DNA from: Octopus bimaculoides
Taxonomy: Eukaryota
Direction of reading: 5' to 3'
Assembly (NCBI RefSeq): GCF_001194135.2
Contig: NC_068995.1
Span: forward strand, 44,087,205-44,151,150
DNA length: 63,946 nucleotides
A program made the translations under genes and the position numbers. This document shows positions 37,171 to 49,140 of the stretch, one piece after another. The notes below the pieces were generated by a model that was not told the DNA's origin, searched no databases, and saw nothing but the letters and a program-made list of their open reading frames with translations. Numbering within the stretch: position 1 is the first letter of the stretch; the number at the start of each line of letters is the position of its first letter.

Positions 37171-38141
37171 NNNNNNNNNNNNNNNNNNNNNNNNNNNNNN
37201 NNNNNNNNNNNNNNNNNNNNNNNNNNNNNNNNNNNNNNNNNNNNNNNNNNNNNNNNNNNNNNNNNNNNNNNNNNNNNNNNNNNNNNNNNNNNNNNNNNNN
37301 NNNNNNNNNNNNNNNNNNNNNNNNNNNNNNNNNNNNNNNNNNNNNNNNNNNNNNNNNNNNNNNNNNNNNNNNNNNNNNNNNNNNNNNNNNNNNNNNNNNN
37401 NNNNNNNNNNNNNNNNNNNNNNNNNNNNNNNNNNNNNNNNNNNNNNNNNNNNNNNNNNNNNNNNNNNNNNNNNNNNNNNNNNNNNNNNNNNNNNNNNNNN
37501 NNNNNNNNNNNNNNNNNNNNNNNNNNNNNNNNNNNNNNNNNNNNNNNNNNNNNNNNNNNNNNNNNNNNNNNNNNNNNNNNNNNNNNNNNNNNNNNNNNNN
37601 NNNNNNNNNNNNNNNNNNNNNNNNNNNNNNNNNNNNNNNNNNNNNNNNNNNNNNNNNNNNNNNNNNNNNNNNNNNNNNNNNNNNNNNNNNNNNNNNNNNN
37701 NNNNNNNNNNNNNNNNNNNNNNNNNNNNNNNNNNNNNNNNNNNNNNNNNNNNNNNNNNNNNNNNNNNNNNNNNNNNNNNNNNNNNNNNNNNNNNNNNNNN
37801 NNNNNNNNNNNNNNNNNNNNNNNNNNNNNNNNNNNNNNNNNNNNNNNNNNNNNNNNNNNNNNNNNNNNNNNNNNNNNNNNNNNNNNNNNNNNNNNNNNNN
37901 NNNNNNNNNNNNNNNNNNNNNNNNNNNNNNNNNNNNNNNNNNNNNNNNNNNNNNNNNNNNNNNNNNNNNNNNNNNNNNNNNNNNNNNNNNNNNNNNNNNN
38001 NNNNNNNNNNNNNNNNNNNNNNNNNNNNNNNNNNNNNNNNNNNNNNNNNNNNNNNNNNNNNNNAGCAGCACATTATTATTATTATTGCTGGTTTAAGCTT
38101 TTCGTAATTTTATCGACGAATAATCTATTGTAATATATATA

Positions 38142-38755
38142 CAGGCATACCTCGGCTTAAGTTGTTTCGATTTAAGTCGTTCTCGATTATACGTCGGTTT
38201 TCAAAAAGAATACATGGAAAAATAAAAATCAAGTAAAATCATTTTACTCGACTTTACGTCTGTCCGCCACAAATATTGGAATCGTAAAATCACTAGAAAA
38301 AGCCTTAAAAGCACATAAAATCATGTTACTGTAATACAAATAAGAATAAAAGCATATAAAATAATATTAAAACATGTAGTGTAAATGTTAAGATACACAC
38401 CATAAAGTAATGCAACTTAGTGAACGAAATCTGTGTTGTCTTATTTATCGGTCAATCGGAGCTCATATTGTACTGTAGTTCCAATATCTACCGTTAGGCG
38501 TCGTCGTCACTTGTGATTGCCGCGGTCGTTTTGAATTCAGATTTGTTTATGTCTATTTATCAGCTAATTTCTCATTCTCATTCATCTGTGACTTTATTTT
38601 TTCCCCCTGGCTCCTAAGAAATTTCATAGTGAAAGTGCTAAGCGTCATGCTATAATGCTGGCTATGATAAAACGCCATGAAAAAGGGGAAAAACTAGTTG
38701 CAATTGCACGATCTTTTGGGATGAGTCGGACAATTGCATCAACGGTTGTACATAT
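38142..38755 (+). mobile_element. Tigger/pogo transposon 5' fragment
   Basis: TA|CAGGCATACCTCG terminus; 38607-38750 reads (M)APKKFHSESAKRHAIMLAMIKRHEKGEKLVAIARSFGMSRTIASTV (CENP-B-type HTH). Confidence 0.8.
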
Positions 38756-38761
38756 TATTTA

Positions 38762-38850
38762 AGTAACCAGTCAAGTTCTTGGGTCGATATGGTCGACTTA
38801 ACCCCTCCCCGCAAATTTCATGCCTTGTGCCTATAGTACAAAGGACTATT
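38762..38850 (+). mobile_element. SINE-A 3' part
   Basis: aagtaaccagtcaagttcttgggtcgatatggtcgacttaacccctcccc..gccttgtgcc. Confidence 0.7.
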
Positions 38851-39979
38851 TCTTAGTAGAGCGTCCGAACACGCTGCGATTTTATTTTGATGTGTTACTG
38901 TGATGACAGACCATTAAATACACCATCAGATTTGAATATATATCTGTGTTGAATTAGGCGTTTAATATATCTGTAGTTAATATGTATCCAGTATTATTAG
39001 AGGCAATTTTATCTGCTTTTAGATTCCATGGGTGTCAGTTTTCCTGCGCAACAATATTTCGTTTGAGTTTATTTCAACATAAACCAAACTCCTGTTAATA
39101 TAAATCTCGCATAATTATTGATGAAAATGTTTAGAAAATAGGTCAACTATAAAAGAGTTTTTGTCTTACTTAATCTTCGACCATTTTGTCTCTCATGCTA
39201 GTTAGCCTCATTAACATTTCACTTTTCCAAAGAATTCTTTTCGGGAAACTTTTCTTTTCTCTTCAAGAAATGATCCCTCACTCCACATATATCTTTCTTC
39301 TTCTACATTCATAAAATTAGATAATTTACAGACATTTTTACTATTTCCCCACCCACCACCCACCTCATAACACCTACATAATTACTTTATGTTTGTTCTA
39401 TGTTCTGTATGAAACAATCACATAAATAGAATCCTCGTTCATCTCCAGATCAAAGACAATTAAAGGCCAAAGTAATATGCTTTAAGGTAAGTGCTATCTG
39501 AAAATTGATTAAACATATACATCATAATAATTAAGACTCCTTTTCACCATTAATTGATCAAAGAAATTTTCCAATAAAGCAAAGTTATTCTTAGCGAAAA
39601 TCTATTTCTGAAATGATATTTCATCTTCAAATATATTGACACCTGTAATTACGGCTCTACAGAGAATAAGCTTTACCAAGGGACCAATATTTTATCTGGA
39701 GTTATGGTCACAGCAGAATATGGGCTTGCACGAAGAAAGTTATCCCACCCTCAAGATGCAGTCCCGTGCAAGGTTTTATTATAGAAAACCAGAAGTTATT
39801 GAAATATCAAATCTCAATTCATCGTGTCAGCGATGTTCTCCGTGGAAAGGGTGACAACTGTTACAAATTGTCTGCTGTGTCATAGCAAGTGTTGCCACCA
39901 GAATATAAAAAACGCAGAAAAGATTTTTGAAGACGTAACTTCCGGATGCTCTGATTTCTAACAATTCCTGCCATACACA

Positions 39980-40130
39980 GGCAGTTTATACATCGACCTC
40001 GTAAGGATGAACAATAGCATTGGCCTCGACGGGATTTCAAAGTCCTGGAGTCGATTTGCTCGACTAAAGGCAGTGCTCCAGCATGGCCGCAGTCAAATGA
40101 CTAAGATAAGTAAAAGAGTAAAGGAATAAA
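39980..40130. mobile_element. SINE-A fragment (minus) fused to SINE-B tail (plus)
   Basis: atcgacctcgtaaggatgaa..gggatttcaa joined to agtcctggagtcgatttgctcgactaaaggcagtgctccagcatggccgcagtc. Confidence 0.7.
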
Positions 40131-40206
40131 ACAGTAACTATGGTAAAGGACCGCAACGTTGTAGATGAAATTTATAGTCATCTGAATCGACACCTGTATA
40201 ATTCAT

Positions 40207-40436
40207 CTGTTATATCTTACATCTTTCAATCATTTCACTGCGACCATGTTGGAGTATCATCTTGAAGAATTTCTAGTCGAATGAATTGACCGCATTACTT
40301 ATACTTTTAAATGCGGTATTTCTTCTATCCGTCCCTTTGCCAAACCGCTAAGTTACGGGTACGTAAACATACCGACACCGGTTGCCAAGCAGTAGTGGGG
40401 GACAACAAATACAGACGCAAAAATATACACACACTC

Positions 40437-40467
<31 letters not shown>

Positions 40468-40700
40468 CATACATACATACATACATACATACATACATAC
40501 ATACATACATACATACATACATGTGTACGTGTGTGCGCGTGACAGGTTTATTTCAGTTTCCGTCTTACAAATCCACTCACAAGGCTTTTGCTCAGCCCGA
40601 GGTTATAATAGAAAATGTTTACTCAAGGTGCCACGCAGCGGAGCTGAACCCGGGACCATGTGGTTGGGAAAGAAACTTCCTAACACACAGCCACGCCTCC
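40207..40700 (-). mobile_element. SINE-B full length with internal (TA)/(TACA) tract
   Basis: All modules present. Confidence 0.9.
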
Positions 40701-41487
40701 GATTACAAACTACGCCAGCGGCTACAAGCCACGCCTGCGCCTACAAGCCACGCTACTTTAGATCCCCCGGATTAAATCCAAACTCGAACCCTGGCGAGAT
40801 CTGAACTCAAAATCTGAAGCTCCATAGCTAGATCCCACAATATAACTTGTCCGGTGTCTTTACTGTCTTTGACACATCATCCATCGCCTCCTTCGCATTT
40901 ATGAAATGAAGAATCGTGAGAAAAGCCGAAAGTAATGCTTCACTTCTTTTCTTTTCTGCTGAATTGCTGAGAGTTAACAGAGTAGAATGAATTGGAACAG
41001 AATCTCTCTCTCTCGCTCTCTTTCTCTCTTTTCCTCTTTCTCTCTCTTCCTCTTTCTCTCTTTCTCTTTCTCAGTCTTTCTCTACGACACACGCCTCTCT
41101 CGAATTTATCATAATCTCTTTTTTATATATATATTAACCGACAATGTCATCCATAAACACATAAATGATACAATTGAAATGAAATGAAATCGCTAAAACT
41201 AAGAGACAGAAGCGATTAGTCGACACTACTGAAGAGATAAGAATTTATTTTGTTGTGTGTCTACTGACATTATCAGCTTTTAGCAATTCCACTTCAATAA
41301 AAGAGTCAAGTGAACTGTGTGGGGAAAAAATTACTGAGAGTTGAGGAAACAAATCAAACAATGCGAACTGTAAGTAAATGACTTGAAAGTTTGTAATCAC
41401 GTCGTAATAAATAAAACCATTGCCAGACAAAAACACGAAAGTACTCTCATACATAGTCTTGCAGTTTTATATATGGAGGAGAGAGAG

Positions 41488-41492
41488 GGGGG

Positions 41493-41563
<71 letters not shown>

Positions 41564-41603
41564 AAAGAGAGAGAACATTAACTATTCAGATAGATAGATA
41601 GAT

Positions 41604-41638
<35 letters not shown>

Positions 41639-41663
41639 TAGACTGACAGACAAATAGATAGAT

Positions 41664-41712
<49 letters not shown>

Positions 41713-41869
41713 NNNNNNNNNNGAGAGAGAGAGAGAGAGAGCGAGATAAACAGGATGACAGAGAGACAGACAGCGGGACAGACAGACAGCGGGACAGACA
41801 GACAGACAGACACACATACACACACACACACACACACGCACAAATAGACACACAGACAGACAGCCAAAC

Positions 41870-41937
<68 letters not shown>

Positions 41938-41940
41938 TAG
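41488..41940. repeat. Compound (GAAA)n, (GATA)n, (GACA)n, (GA)n, (CA)n block
   Basis: Direct reading. Confidence 0.9.
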
Positions 41941-42624
41941 ACAAGTAGACTGTTTGATAGGTTGGTAGTCGAAGGTAGCAATGGCTGACGAGGTAAATGT
42001 GTCTGCAATAAGCCGTAGTTATTTCTTGAACATTTTGCGCGTGTGAGTATGTGAGTGCACGCACGCTATCCGTATTCGTATGCATCTCAGCATGTGTGTG
42101 CTTTTGAATAAACACACACACACACACATGCACAAACAAATATATATATACATATATATATATACGTATACGTACTTACATACATAAATACATACAAGCA
42201 TGCGTACGTACGTGCATGTATAAATTGTATATACGAGTTTCTGTTGAAATGAATGGCTATTTTACAGTAATGTCTTGTAAACAGGAAGAACAAACGGAAG
42301 AAAACGTTCTGGAAGTTACTTGTGATAATACAGAGAAGAAAAGAGAGGGGAAGGAATAAAGTGATGGAAGAGTGAGATGAGAGAGATAGAGTTATGGATG
42401 GAGAAAGAGAGAAACCAATTCCGATTACTATGGCTGAACATAAAATGTAACAAAGGATAAAGCTGCCGATCTTTAAGGTATTTGGAAATTGAAACTTATC
42501 AAATGCTTTCTTATATATATTTCTATATCTTGGTCTATAATGCAATTAAGTTTGTTGGATCAATAAAATAGTCTAGTCACTACTGAGATTATTAAACAAT
42601 TGGTTGTGTGAATAGAAGATATCG

Positions 42625-42678
42625 ATCTTATAGCTGAAGAGTCGAGATTTCATATCTCGTCAATGTCGCTATGAAGAT
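42625..42678 (+). ncRNA. Decayed type I hammerhead remnant
   Basis: atcttatag-CTGAAGA-gtcgagat(ttcat)atctcgtc-AA-tg-TC-gctatgaagat. Long stems I and II still pair, but GAAA has lost two bases. Confidence 0.55.
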
Positions 42679-42926
42679 ATTGTGATAATATCTTTATAGA
42701 ACATACCAAAAAAAAAAAAAAATGTCCTCTTTAAGAATTACTCAACTCTTATCTGCTCAATTGTTTTTCTTCTAAATTTGATGCTAAGCGTTTCCGTGAT
42801 TCTCAATATAATAATTCTTATATCGTTATACATCAAATGTCATTGCGATATTTAAATAAATCCTTATTTACTATAGAATCAAACGTATTTTATGTAGTAT
42901 ACAGAATGATAAATAAAATCTCTGTT

Positions 42927-42948
42927 ATCATCATCGTCGTCGTCATCG

Positions 42949-43012
<64 letters not shown>

Positions 43013-43024
43013 GCTCATCATCAC

Positions 43025-43076
<52 letters not shown>

Positions 43077-43090
43077 GTCATCATTATTAT
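42927..43090. repeat. (ATC)n microsatellite
   Basis: Direct reading. Confidence 0.95.
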
Positions 43091-43091
43091 T

Positions 43092-43421
43092 GAATGAGAG
43101 AGCCTCAAGTGACACTGGGGTGCAAACATACGATGTCTAATACACCCACTATGACTACCCGTCTGATAAGGGTACACCAGGCATATGTATCACAACCATA
43201 TGTACGCGACATGGTACCTCATATCAAGATAAACAGTGCATGACCTACTAGGCGTGGCCCAGTTAGATTTTCTCCAAGTTGAGTAACCCATCCTGCTCCA
43301 AAGGTCCCTGGAAAAGGTTTGTTTAAGGATGTTGAACGAAACACCAATGATTCCAGGGTTGAATTATTCAAACCCCAAAGAATTCCTCTCAACACATGGT
43401 CATGGTGCTCCCCCACTACTC
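43092..43421 (-). mobile_element. Element D, partial copy
   Basis: Collinear with 47772-48322 and 55358-55834 (aagtgacactgggg..ctgataagggtacaccagg..). Strand is defined as the (AAT)n-flanked strand. Confidence 0.9.
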
Positions 43422-43589
43422 AAGACATGAAATGTCATTATTGGGCTCAATACCCAATGAAGCGCCCTCNNNNNNNNNNGTAGCTAGCTTAAAATCCGCC
43501 CGATAAGACAGCTTTTAAGCTAGTATATATATATATATATATATATAGTGAGTGGGAAACAAAAGAAACCATTTAGTTAGAGTTTCGTG

Positions 43590-43738
43590 TATTTAATAAC
43601 AGTTTCACTCAACTCCACATAACTTAAAGTTTCGTGGATGTGTAGTACATATCCACCTCATCAGATGTTCAGAGGACGTGTCCTATACGTCCACGAAACT
43701 TTACGTAATATAGAGCTGAGGCAAGATGTTATTAAATA
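43590..43738. mobile_element. Fold-back element: ~68-bp inverted arms (43590-43658 / 43672-43738) with a short spacer
   Basis: tatttaataac..aaagtttcgtgga vs tccacgaaacttt..gttattaaata. Confidence 0.85.
43617..43668 (-). ncRNA. Type I hammerhead ribozyme motif, intact core
   Basis: acat-CTGATGA-g-gtgga(13 nt)tccac-GAAA-ctttaag-TT-atgt; cleavage triplet GUU. Confidence 0.8.
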
Positions 43739-45609
43739 TGTGTGTGTTTACCATATCAGTATGTTAAAAGTTACTGGCTTTTATTTTTAATACTTGGATA
43801 TATAGTATGGTATCGTTCCTTATTCGTTTACAACTGTCGCTTGTGGAATATTCGTACAGGCTTCATATTCTGCAGTTTCTTCCCCGTTGATTTGGTCTGT
43901 ATGACTTTAGAGTGATATTAATTGCCCTGTGTTGTTTGAATTATTGCTATGTAAGTGTAATAATGAAATCTCATAGTTTCATTATATTGTTTTGTTTTGT
44001 TTTTTTCAGTTATTAATGCTGCATTATTGTATTTGTACATGTTTATGTGTTATTTACAAAGTATACTTTTATATTTAAACTTTTGAGAACTTCTTAACGT
44101 ATTCGATGTGGAGCATAATTTTGGAAAGGGTAATAATAATTTAGCAGTGCTTCTGTTGTTCTTGCGATTGCTATAGTTCTTGTCACTGTGCCTGTAACGT
44201 TGCATTCATGTGTAGAAGTTTTGTAAATGGTATTGTTTGTGTTTCATGAGATTTATAGCTTGTGTTTTTTGATAAAGTCAAACTGCATCCAAACTTTCTG
44301 GAACAAATACTTCTTTATGACGAGCCAACATTGTTTTATCTATATTCAAGTCTTTATCATCTCCTCTTCTTTTCTGCCATATAATATTGATATTCAGGAT
44401 TATTCTATTTGATATTTCATTCATTTTTAAGACGATAGGGTATATTTTGAAGGCGATTTGCCAACACTCTTATCAAGCTGAACGGCTGCATAGTCCTCTT
44501 TGTTGGCTCACGAAAGAGATAGAGTAAATAAATAACAGTTTGTGAGGGGGAAAACGAAGTAAAATGAGAAACTATATTGAAATACGGAATATTATTCCAT
44601 CTATGTATGGTTATGTGAGCAGGGAAAAAATAAGTTGAAAGTAAAAAATAAGATTATACTCACAAAAATATATTTTCGTCTTTCTTTCGGCTTTAGTAAA
44701 TAGAAAATTATTTAAATATCTATATCTTCTAGCGTTTAACAAGATAAAAGTGGTGTCTTTGGGAATCAAGAAGGTGTTAGTATCGGATTTAAGTGGAATT
44801 AGACTGATAAGGTAAATCACTCACCATATGACACTTTTCTGTCTTATATCATTTTCCGACAATTATATTTAGTGACTATAACCATAAGAAATGACATCTA
44901 AAAGTTAACTTTCATTCTTTGTCTTACAGCTTACAGAGGATACAAACTTGTAACCAATGAGTTTCTAGCTAGATATTTTATCTACTCGACAACTTTGTAG
45001 ATAATTTAATCACTGTTACTTTGATATTTTATTCATAAGTTTTCCCTAGGTATTAATTTGTCCTTCCTTACTTGACACACCATATAAAACGGTGATTTAC
45101 TGATACAATTAAGAGTAAGTGCAATTTCTTCTCATTTTCGTAAATGGAAATGTTAAGAATTTTAAATAAACCATTTTCTTTATATTGCTCGTAGAAGCAT
45201 TTCACGTCTTATCACTTCTACAAATTAACACTTTCATAAATTATCATTTCCACAATTTTTCACTTCAACAATTCATCACTTCCTCTTCATTGGCACTTTC
45301 ACAACGCATGGTTTCCACAACTCAATGCTCCAACAATTTAGCGTAACCTCAAAAAGATTCCTAAAAGTAAATCTCCCCGTAATGTCCAGATCCTTTGGGG
45401 GTATTTCAGTGCCATGAAATATGACAAAAACGCCTATAGAATAGAGTTTTTGACAAAATTCAGGCGTAGGAATACTGTTTCAAAAATTTATTCCATCTCA
45501 ATTCTGGAATGGTAATTAACGAAATATTTAAACAAACTCTCGGAAGTACATATTAGATTCTTAAAGGATATTTTCTACATGAACAGCTGAATTCTTCCAC
45601 AAAAACATT

Positions 45610-46045
45610 ACTTCTCTCTTTCACTCTCTTTCCCTCTCCCTTTCCCTCTCCCTTTCCCTCTCTCACTCCTCTCTCCCTTTCTCTTTGTTCTGCTTCCTTT
45701 TTCCAATCTCACTGTTTTTCTTGTTCTCTTCCTCATTTTATCTCACTCTTTCTCTCTCCTTTACTCTCACTTTCTCTTCTTCTCTTTCTCTCCCTCTCTT
45801 TCTCTCCTTCTCTCTCTTTCTCTCTTCCTCTTTCTCTCTCCCTCTCTCTTTCTCCTTTCCTCTCGATTTCTCTTTCTGCCTTTTTCCAAATTCATCCAGT
45901 GTCTTTCTCGTTCTTTCTCATTCTCTCTCCCTCTTTTTCTCCCTCTCTCTCTCCCCTGCCCTTCTCCCTCTTTTTCTCCCTCTCTCTCTCTCCTGCCCTT
46001 CTCCCTCTTTTTCTCCCTCTCTCTCTCCCCCTTTCTTTTTCTTGT
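45610..46045. repeat. Polypyrimidine CT-rich tract with a ~40-bp unit triplicated near 45930-46030
   Basis: ctgcccttctccctctttttctccctctctctc is repeated. Confidence 0.85.
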
Positions 46046-46515
46046 TTTTATTATAAATTAATAATTTCTAAAACATTTTACCTGGAGACGCTACAAATGT
46101 TAAAAATAAATATAATTAATTTTAAAAAATAAGCTGCACAAATTACGAGTCCAAAGGAATAAAATGAAGAGGGGGTACAACGTAAAAGGATTAATTTAGA
46201 GAACGGGGCTTCCTGTTTCAATACTATTTAATGGTCTTTATTGGCAGCAAAACATAAATTACTCAAAAAAACTCAGATGAATGCTAGGTTTTAGGTTAGT
46301 AAAATATTTATACAAATTTGAAAGAACGCAACTTCTAATTACACTAGCATAATAGAAGGATTTTTAATGTTGCTTCTTTGTTTTTTGTTGTTGTTGTTGC
46401 TGTTGCTGTTAGCGATAATCATAATTATTATTTTTATTATCCTCATCATAACCACGACCATTATCAGCAGCAGCACCACCGTCACCATCATCATCATCAT
46501 CATCATCGTCATTAA

Positions 46516-46722
46516 AGCGGCAATCGTTGGCTCGACCCGAAATAAATGCTTAGTGGCATTTCGTTCGGTTCTTACGTTCGGAGTTCAAATTCCGCCGAGG
46601 TCGACTTTGCCTTTCATCCTTTTTCAGAGCGCCGATGAAATAAACATCAGTCAAGTCCTGGTGACGATGTAATCGACTATTCCCTAAAAAAAACTATTTG
46701 CCCTGTGCCAAAATTTGAAACC
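46516..46722 (+). mobile_element. SINE-A copy
   Basis: ggagttcaaattccgccgaggtcgactttgcctttcatcc. Confidence 0.85.
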
Positions 46723-46779
<57 letters not shown>

Positions 46780-46874
46780 GGTGGTGGTGGTGGTGGTGAT
46801 GGTGCCGCTGCTGCTGCTGCTGCTGCTGGTGCTGGTGCTGGTGCTAGTAGTAGTAGTAGTAGTAGTAGTAGTGA

Positions 46875-46915
<41 letters not shown>

Positions 46916-46960
46916 TCATTATTGCTATTACCATCATCATCATCACCATCATCATCATCA
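46723..46960. repeat. Compound trinucleotide array (AGT/GGT/GCT/ATC)
   Basis: Direct reading. Confidence 0.95.
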
Positions 46961-46985
46961 AAGCGGTGACGTAGCAAAACGCTTG

Positions 46986-47035
46986 AATGTGCATGATAAC
47001 GCTTCCAATCTGCCCAGTATTGCTTTAGGGCATTT
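46986..47035 (-). mobile_element. Element D 5'-end fragment with internal deletion
   Basis: Reverse aatgccctaaagcaatactgggcag|attggaagcgttatcatgcacatt matches the end of the 47772-48322 copy. Confidence 0.6.
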
Positions 47036-47044
47036 TATAATTTC

Positions 47045-47625
47045 CATTTCACTTCTCAAAGCCCTTGATTTCACTTGCTCCGGTTAATTCTGTAAGAGCG
47101 GAGATCAACCTATTGCCAAGGGTCTCACAGGGTCTCTTTTCGCGATACTTAACATCCAAGCACCGATCTCAAAATCCTTGCTGTCCCCAATTGAGCAGTT
47201 TTCTTACCATGTTAATCTCAGTTTCTCCAACAATTTTTAAAAATCTGATTGTTAAGGATCCCAGTGCACCAACAGCTATTGGAACGACAGTTAATTTCTT
47301 CATTACCAACATTCGTGCAATCTCATCTTTTAATGGCTTGTACTTCTCAATCTTTTCTAGCTCTTTGTCATCCACTCATACACCTCCAGGTATGGCAATG
47401 ATCTTGGTTTCCTTCATCATTTTGTCAACTACACGATGTCTGGTCTTCGAGCACCAATCACTGAATCACACTGGATAGTAAAATTCCACAAGCTCATTAT
47501 TCTCAGTGACGCCTTCACACAATCTCCAATGGACATACTTAACTACGCTATCATGCCACTTCTTTTATTCTTTGTGAACCAATTTGCAACACTCACCCAC
47601 AATATGTGAAACGTCCAGGATTGTT
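47045..47625 (-). mobile_element. R4/Dong-clade retrotransposon 3' end (zinc knuckle remnant + RLE endonuclease + 3' UTR)
   Basis: VSHIVGECCKL..HDSVVKYVHWRLC..WNFTIQCDSVIGARRPDIV..AIPG..KELEKIEKYKPLKDEI..VVPIAVGALG..KTAQLGTARILRSVL; stop at 47149-47151. Confidence 0.9.
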
Positions 47626-47637
47626 TTTCTTGCTGTT

Positions 47638-47688
47638 ATTCTTTTATTCTTTTATTTTTTCAGTCATTTGACTACGGCCATGCTGGAA
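47638..47688 (-). mobile_element. SINE-B tail
   Basis: tttcagtcatttgactacggccatgctgga. Confidence 0.75.
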
Positions 47689-47703
47689 CTGTTGTTGATA
47701 TTA

Positions 47704-47771
<68 letters not shown>

Positions 47772-48322
47772 GAGTCGAGAACAGTGCATGCCGTCAAAGT
47801 GACACTGGGGTAAAATATACGAAATCCTGTATACTCGTCATGATTACCCCTCTGATAAGGGTACACCAGGCACATGCATCACAACCACATGTGCACGACA
47901 TGGTGATCTCAAAGCAAGATAAACAGCGCATGACATTGCAGGTGGAGCCCAGTTAGAATTTTCTTCAGGTCGAGTAGCCCATGTCGCTCAAAAGGTCCGG
48001 AATAAGGCTTGTTTAAGAATGTTGAACGAAACATCCATGTATCCAGAGTTGAATTATTCAAACCCCACAGAATTTCTCTCAACACATGGTTATGATGCTC
48101 CCCACTACTTCAGCTCGTGATCAGAGATGCATATATCGTCAGCCACCAAGGGACATGCTCAACAGGTTAAGGTATAACAACTGATAAGCAAATTTGAGGT
48201 ATTGAACAGAATATTTGCAGTAGCACATATTTTACGCCAAGACAAAACAATGTACATGATAACTCTTCCAATCAGTTAAGATCAGAAGCCAGGAGTGCCA
48301 GTGGCTGGTACTGCATCGGGGT
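47772..48322 (-). mobile_element. Element D, apparently full length (~550 bp), (ATT)n on both sides
   Basis: No long ORF; three other copies or fragments in the window. Confidence 0.9.
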
Positions 48323-49083
48323 ATTATTATTATTATTATTATTATCATTATTATTGTTGTTGTTGTTGTTAATGTTGTTGTTGTTATAACCTTCCGCTGA
48401 TTGCTATTTTTGGTTCGTGATAATGGAGATGATATGCCTTTCCTGTTCACTTTTAATTCTTTAAACACAGTCGCAGAGTATCCAAATGAACAACATCACC
48501 ACCACGGACAACAACAACAACAACAACAACAAATATAAGAAGAAGAATAACAATGGCAGCAACTTTGATATAACAATAACCACAAAAATGACAGCTAAAA
48601 CAACAATAACAACAAACAACACACCAGATCTAACAAGAACAACAAGAACAGCTATAACGAGAGCGATACAGCGGCGATAATGAGAGCTACAACTACAGCA
48701 CCACACGACACTAACAACGGTGTAGTTATGTTATCCTTAATTAAATTCAATAAAGCTATTAAAACTGATTGCACCGCTACGTGCAATTAATTCTGTGCAT
48801 CCCATAATACTGTAATAAGATTTGTAATTGCCTGAAATCATAAGCTCGGGAACTTGAGTTTGTATTTCAAAATTTGGCATCAGATTTGAAAAACTTTGAA
48901 TAATCTAATCTAATTTGAAAACACGATATACACACGTGCGCATGCACCCACACACACACGGACGCACATACACACACATACACACACATACACACACACA
49001 CACACACACATAAATACTCGTACACAACATTTGTCTTCATGTGTTATGAAATAAATTTCTGTAGTCCAGTAACAATTGCACGC

Positions 49084-49140
<57 letters not shown>

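Noticed and set aside
39690-39772. NILSGVMVTAEYGLARRKL resembling a kinase NIL..DFGLAR segment
   Set aside because: The similarity is short with wrong spacing, no other kinase motifs or exons were found, and the donor is poor.
46705-46974. Poly-S/G/A ORF resembling a low-complexity transcription factor
   Set aside because: It is a pure compound trinucleotide array between two SINE pieces.
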